From Candidatus Levyibacteriota bacterium (lineage in GTDB: Bacteria; Patescibacteriota; Microgenomatia; Levybacterales; UBA12049), in assembly GCA_013816255.1 (NCBI GenBank), contig JACDET010000001.1:67968-131967 (forward strand): a DNA stretch of 64,000 nt. Direction: 5' to 3'. This document shows, piece by piece, positions 56,816 to 64,000 of this stretch. Numbering within the stretch: the stretch's first letter is position 1; each line of letters starts with the position of its first letter. The position numbers and the translations under genes are program-made. The notes beneath the pieces are model-generated. The model did not search any database, was not told the origin of the DNA, and saw nothing but the letters and a program-made list of their open reading frames with translations.

Positions 56816-59095
56816 TTATTTGTGCTTAAGCCTCTTCCTCGGTAGTTTAAAGCAAAAGGTGGAACCTTTCCCTATAATGCTCTCAACCCAAATTTTTCCT
56901 CCTTGGCGTTTGATGATTTCACTAGAAATATAAAGGCCCAATCCGAGACCTGGAAAGGTATGCTGCTTTTCCCCGCTAACTCTAAAAAATTGTTCAAATA
57001 CTCTGTCTTGTTTGTCTTTTGGTATCCCTACTCCAAAGTCCTGTACGCAAAGAGTTATATAGTCTTTATCTACTTCAGTTTTCACAATTATCTTTTTACT
57101 ATGCGGAGAGTACTTAATCGCGTTGGAGATTAAATTTGTAATTACTTGCCCTGTGCGCTCTCTATCTCCATGCATCGTTGTTGATTGAGATAATTCCATA
57201 ATCAGGTTATGCCTATCGGTCGTTAACTGAAGTTCATTAATCACTTCATTGGCAAGCTCATTAAAATCAAAATTTTCATCTTGCATAACAAGTCGTCCAG
57301 AATGTATCTTCGTTACATTAAGCAAATCCGCAATAAGTGTTGTCAATTTATTAATTTGTGCGTCCATTTTGGAAAGTTGCGATACAGCTTTTGTATTACC
57401 TTCGCGCTCAAATAATCGTTGCAATACTTGTCCGTAAGCCTTAATGCTGGTGACGGGAGTTTTTAACTCGTGGGACGCGATTGCCAAAAACTCATCTTTC
57501 TGTTCTTCTAATTCTTTTTGTTCTGTAATATCAGTATTTGCACCAAACCACCGCACTACTTCACCCACTTCATTTTTTATTGGATTAACCCGCGTTAAAA
57601 AAGGACGGAATTTGCCGTCTGCTCCTTTAATAGGAAATACCATATTAAAGGGCGAGCCATGTTCTATTGAACTTTTCCATTGCTTTAAAACACGAGGCAA
57701 TGCGTCAGGGTGATGCACTGATTTCCACCCCCAACCTTCCATACCCTTTGGAGTAGTACCGGTATATTCGTACCATTTACTGTTGTACCAAAAAATATAT
57801 CCATCGGCATTTGCCATCCATGTAAGGTTTGGAATATTATCGGCTAGGTCTCTAAATCGTTTCTCTGTCTCCTCAATTTTCTTTCGTGCTTCAACCTGAG
57901 GAGTCACATCGATTGCATGCGTCATGATGCCATCTATATTTCCACGAGCATCATGCGTTGCTTGGTACACAAAGTTAAAATAAACGTCTTCTGCAATTCC
58001 ATCACCATTGATATCTAATTTTATTTGTACTTCTTTACCTAAAAATGATTCTCCTGTTGTATATACATGCTTTAAAACGTCTACTATTGGTTGGCCTTTA
58101 AGCTCAGGCAAACCTTCTAGCAATTTTTTCCCTATAATATCCTTTGTTTTTCCAACGGATTTCAAATAAAGCGGATTTGCTAATTCAAATACAAAGTCGG
58201 ATCCTTTTATTACACCTATCATGGCCGGAGCCTGCATAAAGAGGGTATATATTCTGTGACGCTCGTTGCGTAACGCTTCTACTGCTTCTTTTCGGCTTGT
58301 AATATCTTCTTGTACACAAACCCAGTGCTTTTTACCGTCTATTTCAATTGCAGTAATACGGGAAGTAGTAACAAAGTGGGTACCATCTTTCTTTTTATTG
58401 TTCCATTCGCCAGACCAATACCCTTTTTTATTGAGTTGTTTTATTACGTCGTTTACTATTCGCTTATTCTCCTCGAGTGCGTAGGCATTTTGGATTGAGA
58501 CATGTTTACCGATAAGCTCACCTCGTTTATAACCAAACATCGCATCTTCTGACGCATTGGTATAGACAATTATTCCATTCTCATCAGATATGCTTACTCC
58601 CTCGATCATGCTTTCTAAGACTTTATAATGCACTTTCAAATCGTCTTCGCTCTTTTTTTTATCAGAGATATCTTCATGTTGGAGAATAACCTTTAAGACT
58701 TTACCGTTAGTATCTTTGATTGCGTAGATAATGCTTTGTGTCCAGCGATACTCTATTTTACTGACATCTTTAATTGTTTTATTAGGTTCATACCTGACAG
58801 GAGAGAGGTGAACAGTTTGACCTTTAAATGCTTTTTTGATCAGAGGCATGATCTTTTTGGCAACAAGCTGTTTATCTTTTAGGATGTTATATCCTTGAAT
58901 ATTTTTAAGTTTTACTCCCCATAATTTTTCCCATGCCTTATTTGCTTTAATAAGCGTCCCATCTGGAGAAAATATCTGGGTGCTCACCGGGGATTGGTCA
59001 AAAATGATTTGAAAAGTGTCGTCCTGAATATTCTTTATTTCAGTTTTGCTATCATTTAGCCTGACATTGTGGTTATTTTCGAGCTTCCTCTTCAT
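56816..59095 (-). CDS. Cytoplasmic four-PAS histidine kinase
   Basis: Four PAS/PAC units; SHELKTPVTS, NAIKYS, GLGLGL; ATG 59095 preferred (track start overlaps the upstream gene). Confidence 0.92.
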   Translation of the reverse strand: MKRKLENNHNVRLNDSKTEIKNIQDDTFQIIFDQSPVSTQIFSPDGTLIKANKAWEKLWGVKLKNIQGYNILKDKQLVAKKIMPLIKKAFKGQTVHLSPVRYEPNKTIKDVSKIEYRWTQSIIYAIKDTNGKVLKVILQHEDISDKKKSEDDLKVHYKVLESMIEGVSISDENGIIVYTNASEDAMFGYKRGELIGKHVSIQNAYALEENKRIVNDVIKQLNKKGYWSGEWNNKKKDGTHFVTTSRITAIEIDGKKHWVCVQEDITSRKEAVEALRNERHRIYTLFMQAPAMIGVIKGSDFVFELANPLYLKSVGKTKDIIGKKLLEGLPELKGQPIVDVLKHVYTTGESFLGKEVQIKLDINGDGIAEDVYFNFVYQATHDARGNIDGIMTHAIDVTPQVEARKKIEETEKRFRDLADNIPNLTWMANADGYIFWYNSKWYEYTGTTPKGMEGWGWKSVHHPDALPRVLKQWKSSIEHGSPFNMVFPIKGADGKFRPFLTRVNPIKNEVGEVVRWFGANTDITEQKELEEQKDEFLAIASHELKTPVTSIKAYGQVLQRLFEREGNTKAVSQLSKMDAQINKLTTLIADLLNVTKIHSGRLVMQDENFDFNELANEVINELQLTTDRHNLIMELSQSTTMHGDRERTGQVITNLISNAIKYSPHSKKIIVKTEVDKDYITLCVQDFGVGIPKDKQDRVFEQFFRVSGEKQHTFPGLGLGLYISSEIIKRQGGKIWVESIIGKGSTFCFKLPRKRLKHK

Positions 59096-59147
59096 ATAAA
59101 TATGAAAATAACTATACCAAATCGTTATAAATAAAACAATAAAGCGG

Positions 59148-60503
59148 TCATTTTTCCTTAATTGGCAAAGAAAAGCAGAATATTGAACCTTTGCCTTGCT
59201 CACTCTCTACCCATATTTTTCCACCTTGTCGCTTTATTATTTCAGAACTAATGTAAAGACCAAGTCCCATGCCAGGATATGTCTCAATTGATTTATCTTC
59301 TGCCCGATAAAAACGCTCAAATACCTTTTCCTGTTTATCTTTAGGTATTCCGATACCGAAGTCTTGTACACAGGCTATGACAGTATTTTTCGTTGCCTTG
59401 GTGGTTACAATGATTTTGTCTGAACGTGGGGAATACTTAATTGCATTGGAAATGAGATTTATTAATACTTGCCCGATGCGGTCCCGATCACCGTAAATTG
59501 TTTTGCTTTGTGCGAGTTTTTTAACAATTGTGTGTTTCTCAGTTATGAGCTGCGTTTGCTCAATAATTTCTCCTACTACCTCATTAAAATCAAACCATTC
59601 TTCATGGAGCTTTAAGTTTCCTGCCTCAATTTTTGTTACATCAAGTAAGTCGCCTATAAGAACACTGAGCTTATCTAACTGTGTATCCATTTTCATAAGC
59701 ATGGTTGCAGATTTTTCGTCCCCTGCTTTAGCAAATCTACTCTGCAACACTTGGGTATACGCTTTGACACTCGTAACAGGTGTTTTCAATTCATGGCTCG
59801 CAATACCGATAAACTCATCTTTTTGCTGTTCAAGCTTTTTCCGCTCTGCCAGTTCACGCTCTATTTGCAAGTTATAGTGATTATGGTAAGTAAAGGCTAT
59901 TTTTGAAGCAACCACGTCGACATAGGTTCCAGTAATATAACTAAATTCATAAAAGCTCTCAGTTGTCATACTTTTAAGAAGATTTTCACTATGAAGTTTT
60001 TTCCATATTGCTTGCTTAAGAAAAATAATACCATCGACTGCTTCCTCAATAGTCAGCTCATCTTTGACTGATTGTTTTGCAAGGTGTTCAGCTAGGATGT
60101 GAAACATCTCTGTCCCCTCGTCTATCGGTTTATCTAAGTAGTTAGCAAGCCTTATGACAATTTTGATATGGTAATCTTGGTACTTATTGATATATTCACT
60201 CCGGTAATTTTCTTTACCTAAATGCAGCTTGTGTTCAAGCGTTGCAGATTTTTGTATCTCGTCTGCATTTTCTTTGAGAAACTTTTTAATTCTTGAAAAA
60301 CGGGAGGTACTTATGGTGGAGGTTTTATTAAGAAGACTGAGAATGTCTGTTTTCTGATAGCGCCTGTCTCCTCGTTTGCCAAACCTCATGGCGGTAATTG
60401 TTCCCCGCTTATCCCATTTCCGGAGGGTATTTGGATGACAATTGAGTATTTCGCAGGCTTCTCGAGTGGTGAGTAAAACTTCTTGATCTTCAGAGGATTT
60501 CAT
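59148..60503 (-). CDS. Histidine kinase with N-terminal MerR/Xis-type HTH and RsbRD_N-like helical domain
   Basis: LLTTREACEILNCHPNTLRKWD..G....R.G.RGDRRY; LA......LTIEEAVDGIIFLKQAIW; SHELKTP; HATPase boxes. Confidence 0.85.
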   Translation of the reverse strand: MKSSEDQEVLLTTREACEILNCHPNTLRKWDKRGTITAMRFGKRGDRRYQKTDILSLLNKTSTISTSRFSRIKKFLKENADEIQKSATLEHKLHLGKENYRSEYINKYQDYHIKIVIRLANYLDKPIDEGTEMFHILAEHLAKQSVKDELTIEEAVDGIIFLKQAIWKKLHSENLLKSMTTESFYEFSYITGTYVDVVASKIAFTYHNHYNLQIERELAERKKLEQQKDEFIGIASHELKTPVTSVKAYTQVLQSRFAKAGDEKSATMLMKMDTQLDKLSVLIGDLLDVTKIEAGNLKLHEEWFDFNEVVGEIIEQTQLITEKHTIVKKLAQSKTIYGDRDRIGQVLINLISNAIKYSPRSDKIIVTTKATKNTVIACVQDFGIGIPKDKQEKVFERFYRAEDKSIETYPGMGLGLYISSEIIKRQGGKIWVESEQGKGSIFCFSLPIKEK

Positions 60504-60609
60504 ATCACATAACTATACACAAGTTACCATAAATTAACAATACCATAAAATTCATCATCAACTTTTCCAAAGCATCTTAAGCAAAGAAAGGCTTATACTG
60601 ATTTACTTA

Positions 60610-60682
60610 AGCTGGCGGACATAGATACTATTCGAACTTATTGGAAGACCTCACAAGAACAATTTTACATTCCAAATTATTT
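60610..60682. repeat. 73-bp direct repeat, copy 1, containing a degenerate tRNA-Ser-like 3' end on the minus strand (att-like scar)
   Basis: 62/73 identical to 62604-62676 (hand count); minus strand reads GTTCGAAT...TGTCCGCCA. Confidence 0.7.
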
Positions 60683-60719
60683 GTAACGCTAGCACTGGTT
60701 GACTATGTCGAAACTTTTA

Positions 60720-61319
60720 TCAAACTAAATTAGACGTTTTGACGTCTCCTGCGCGCTTGTAGTATGCAAAAATGATGCCATTTTGGGAAATTTTAGAGTC
60801 GAAGAGCTTGAAGGAAGCAGGGATCGTACCTTTGTCAAACAACCGTTTTCCTGCCCCGATAGTAAGAGGGAATATTTTCAGCCAAAATTCATCAACCAAA
60901 TCATGCTCCATCAATGACTGAACTAGATTTGCACTTCCATAGACTTGGAGGTCTGGACCGTTCGAGTTTTTGAGCTTTTTTATGGCGGCGATATCTTTTA
61001 TCACGACAGTATTTTCCCAGGTGGGTTTTTGGAGGGTTTTTGAGACTACATATTTAGTGATTTTGTTTACTTGCGGCCATGACTCCGTATTTTTAGGCCA
61101 AAATCCCTCAAAGATATCATATGTTTTGCGTCCAAGGAGTAATCCAGCTGTCTCTTTCATTTGTTTCTCCATCTCCAAACCCGCAATCTCATCTTTCCCA
61201 AAGTATGGCCCCATCCAACCTCCATATTTGAAGCCTTCAGCTGCATCTTCTTTGGAGTCACCAGGTGCCTGGATAACGCCATCCATAGTAATAAATTCGA
61301 GGACAAGAATCTTTCTCAT
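60720..61319 (-). CDS. Dihydrofolate reductase/RibD C-terminal family protein
   Basis: MRK.....TMDGVIQAPG, LLLGRKTY, V.GS..L.QSL...LVDE, G.GKRLF. Confidence 0.9.
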   Translation of the reverse strand: MRKILVLEFITMDGVIQAPGDSKEDAAEGFKYGGWMGPYFGKDEIAGLEMEKQMKETAGLLLGRKTYDIFEGFWPKNTESWPQVNKITKYVVSKTLQKPTWENTVVIKDIAAIKKLKNSNGPDLQVYGSANLVQSLMEHDLVDEFWLKIFPLTIGAGKRLFDKGTIPASFKLFDSKISQNGIIFAYYKRAGDVKTSNLV

Positions 61320-61729
61320 ATAAACCATTTTATCATAGTGAATGAGTGATGGATATAAAATCGTGATAATAGAACAACGTATTATGAAGCTACAGGTTCG
61401 AATCCGAGTTGGAAGTTTTTGCTGCGGGCACTAGACGACATTAGAACCTGTTTTATGAGTATTTGAGCTGGTTATATTGTAATTTACGAAACAGTTATGA
61501 AGGATGCTAGAGTTATGTATGAAGACGACTGCCAACATTCATTAACGATAAAATTTCAAAAGTCTAATGGTGATAGTTTTCACGCTTGCTTATTTTGTTG
61601 GGAAATATTTGTCGTTATTGAAGAAACCATAATAAACTAATATATTTTGTATTTTGAATTATCAGCAGATACCGGAAATTAAAAGTGATAATGGTAAAAG
61701 AGGAACAGTCTTGTAAAAGGATCTAAAAT

Positions 61730-62086
61730 TTATTGGATATATTTAGCTACCTTCGTCAATAAATCATTCATTTGAAACGGTTTTGTCAGGAAATCTTCTG
61801 CTCCTGCTTTCTTTGCTGACTCTGCAAGATCACGGGTAGCAGAAATCATAATAATCGGGATGCGTTTCGTCTGGTTCTGGCTTTTCAAATACCGACAAAT
61901 ATCCCTTCCATCTTCACCTGACATCCAAATATCTAAAAGGATTACATCCGGTAATTCTTTTTTTACCATCCGTACAGTTTCCCCATCAGTTGTTGTTTTG
62001 ACTTCATAGTCAGCCTCTTCTAACATGATTTGTAAACAATCGACAATAGCTGGATCATCATCCGCAACTAAGATTTTCTTCTTCAT
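61730..62086 (-). CDS. Stand-alone response regulator receiver
   Basis: VADDD, LLDIWMSGEDG, ISA, KPF. Confidence 0.92.
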   Translation of the reverse strand: MKKKILVADDDPAIVDCLQIMLEEADYEVKTTTDGETVRMVKKELPDVILLDIWMSGEDGRDICRYLKSQNQTKRIPIIMISATRDLAESAKKAGAEDFLTKPFQMNDLLTKVAKYIQ

Positions 62087-62254
62087 AAACAAAAAAATGG
62101 CGACATTATACTAATCAGTCATGAGTTTTTACTGTTACGCTCTAAACTGATATGGATTCGCCATTATATATAAGTGTACTCTGTATCGAGTAGTTGCAAG
62201 TAAGAGGGTCGTAAACAAATGGTAAGAGATATTTAAGAAGACACAATTTGTGAG

Positions 62255-62470
62255 TATATTTTGTGACAATTGAGAGTAAGTCATCCATCTGGAATGGTTT
62301 GGTAATAAAATCATCTGCACCACATTCCGTGGCTATTTCTTTGGTATCTTTATTGGCCGATATGATAATAATCGGTATGTGCTTGGTGAGTGCCTGAGTT
62401 TTTAGGTGCTTATAAATTGATCGTCAATCCATGCCAGACATCCATATATTCACCATTTACATCACCATCT
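62255..62470 (-). pseudogene. Receiver-domain pseudogene
   Basis: NIWMSGMD*RSIYKHLKTQALTKHIPIIIISANKD...GADDFITKPFQMDDLL; TGA at 62424-26; N-terminus missing; boundaries approximate. Confidence 0.8.
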
Positions 62471-62603
62471 CCGTTCATCCATACTTTTTCAGTAACAGCT
62501 TTATACACTCGACGAGGTTTATCTCCTTGAAACTGAGCTGCCCTGGTAGATTAGCACTATTTTTCAGTCCCTTCTTGGTGTTGAGGACAGGGGTGTAAAC
62601 GAC

Positions 62604-62676
62604 AGCTGGCGGACATAGACGCTATTCGAACATATTGGCAGACATCATCTGAGCAATTTTATATTCCAAGTTATTT
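62604..62676. repeat. 73-bp direct repeat, copy 2 (att-like scar)
   Basis: See copy 1 at 60610-60682. Confidence 0.7.
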
Positions 62677-62705
62677 ATCTACATAACTCTTGCATAAATA
62701 TGCAT

Positions 62706-63824
62706 CTACCTTATTGGTAATGAGAACGAAAATGTTGAACCTTTACCTTCAATACTCTCAACCTTTATTTGCCCTCCGTACTGTTTGATTATCTGTGAGG
62801 CAATGTATAAGCCCAATCCATACCCTGACAGATTTTTTGTCTTTACGTTTTCGCTTCGGTAAAATCTATCAAAAACTCGCTTTTTCTGCTCCTTCGGGAT
62901 ACCCATACCAAAATCTTCCACACTGACAGTTACGCTCTTTTTATTCTCGGACAACCGCACAATAACCTTTTTGGCTTCGGGTGAGTACTTTATGGCGTTG
63001 GTAAGAAAGTTCGTCAAAACCTGTCCTATATGCTCTTTTATACCACTAACTTTATGAGAGGTTTTCCCTTCGACCACAATAATGTGAGTTGGTGCGGTAG
63101 CTTCTAACTCTCTTGCCGTGCCCTTTACTAAACTATCAAGGTTAAATTCTTCAGTCTGGTAATCTGCCATGCCAGATTGTATTTTGGAAACATTAAGTAA
63201 ATCGCGAATTAGGTTTTCCTGTTTGGTTATCTGCTCCTGTAATTTCGTGAGATGTGATAGACCTTTGGTTTCCTTAATTTGCTCAAGGTGTTTGTAGAGT
63301 ATCTCCGCATATGCCTTAATGCTTGTTAGGGGTGTTTTCAGCTCATGGCTTGCCATACTGATAAAATCATCTTTTTGCTGTTCGAGGTCTTTTCGTTCTG
63401 ATAAATCCCGTATTATTTTGGCAAACCCAAGTAAGTTTCCTGCCTTATCTCGTAGCGGTGTAGACATACCACTCGCCCAGAATTGGCTTTTATCTTTTCT
63501 TACAAGCCAGTTTTCATCCTCACCCGTACCTGTTTCAAGTGCTTGTTCTAACTCTAACTTTGGCTTATCCGCCTTTCTGTCTTCAAGGCTAAAAAGTTTT
63601 GAAAAGTGTTTGCCAACAATTTCTTTCTCCTTGTACCCCAAAAGGTTTTCTGCTCCAATATTCCACCCTATTACATATCCTTTTATATCAAGCATTATCA
63701 TGGCGTATTCTTTAACACCCTCTACAAATAAGCGGTATCCCTCGTCACCTCCCACGACTGAAACCTCACGAGCTTTTTTTGTGGTTGTTTTATTTGTAAA
63801 TGGAACTTTTACTTTTTTATCCAT
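62706..63824 (-). CDS. Cytoplasmic PAS histidine kinase
   Basis: YA..MLD..G....WN.GAE PAS; SHELKTPL; GYGLGL; ATG 63824 overlaps the upstream stop. Confidence 0.92.
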   Translation of the reverse strand: MDKKVKVPFTNKTTTKKAREVSVVGGDEGYRLFVEGVKEYAMIMLDIKGYVIGWNIGAENLLGYKEKEIVGKHFSKLFSLEDRKADKPKLELEQALETGTGEDENWLVRKDKSQFWASGMSTPLRDKAGNLLGFAKIIRDLSERKDLEQQKDDFISMASHELKTPLTSIKAYAEILYKHLEQIKETKGLSHLTKLQEQITKQENLIRDLLNVSKIQSGMADYQTEEFNLDSLVKGTARELEATAPTHIIVVEGKTSHKVSGIKEHIGQVLTNFLTNAIKYSPEAKKVIVRLSENKKSVTVSVEDFGMGIPKEQKKRVFDRFYRSENVKTKNLSGYGLGLYIASQIIKQYGGQIKVESIEGKGSTFSFSLPIR

Positions 63825-64000
63825 ACTTTTTTTCAAGCATTATATTTTCCTGCTTCGTTTGTTTTCTTTTTAATGGCAAGGTGAAGAAAAATGTTGAACC
63901 TTTCCCTTTCTTGCTCTCTACCCAAATTTCCCCACCTTGTCGCTTAATGATTTCTGCCGAAATATATAGCCCCAGACCAAGTCCAGGGTAGGTGTCTTGC
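63817..64000 (-). CDS. Histidine kinase, C-terminal end (runs off the window; not in ORF track)
   Basis: [42 protein letters not shown]... Confidence 0.88.
   Translation of the reverse strand, partial: QDTYPGLGLGLYISAEIIKRQGGEIWVESKKGKGSTFFFTLPLKRKQTKQENIMLEKKYG

Noticed and set aside
60720-61319. RibD C-terminal family gene as the missing ribD of the riboflavin locus
   Set aside because: It is the widespread stand-alone DHFR-like type with no deaminase domain, 20 kb away.
61385-61415. CAGGTTCGAATCC as a tRNA gene
   Set aside because: Only a T-loop word; no cloverleaf can be built.
62424-62426. In-frame TGA where Gly is expected (MDG), hinting at genetic code 25
   Set aside because: TGA terminates intact genes here (e.g. 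10037), and this receiver also has a D-to-N change and lacks its N-terminus; a GGA-to-TGA nonsense mutation is simpler.
1273-63991. Numerous antisense/overlapping ORFs in the track (e.g. 1429-1953, 14817-15449, 21797-22309, 39247-39762, 63319-63873)
   Set aside because: Shadows of well-supported genes on the opposite strand or in another frame; no motifs.

Overview
AT-rich bacterial DNA, genetic code 11, with many leaderless genes. Gene content (DUF5652, many GT-C glycosyltransferases, Pro/Thr-rich exported proteins) suggests a Patescibacteria/CPR bacterium, probably Microgenomates; this is inference. Layout: 1-14 kb, surface-glycosylation cluster plus an Rsm22-like methyltransferase and tRNA-Glu(CTC). 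14-21 kb, GH5, a PAS kinase/receiver pair and lon with a CIRCE-like operator. 21-30 kb, a stress/envelope island: class F sortase with a tiny Thr-rich secreted peptide ending APATG, KGG/GlsB/YtxH-like genes, Crp, kinase, OmpR-type regulator, GH18, DD-carboxypeptidase and two unannotated micro-ORFs, one a free-standing paralogue of the carboxypeptidase membrane anchor. 30-37 kb, vapBC, two-component genes and paralogous surface proteins. 37-41 kb, riboflavin locus with a divergent FMN riboswitch. 41-56 kb, accessory genes including a GT2-LysM fusion, a hidden SemiSWEET frame, DUF5678/retropepsin and class II UvrA. 56-64 kb, an array of cytoplasmic histidine kinases and stand-alone receivers, including an HTH-RsbRD_N-kinase fusion, with tRNA-Ser-like att scars. 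Recurrent non-coding signals: TCTTAC tandem boxes, a duplicated ~90-bp hairpin/promoter element with covariation, and REP-like palindromes. All family calls come from motif recognition by eye; no searches were run.
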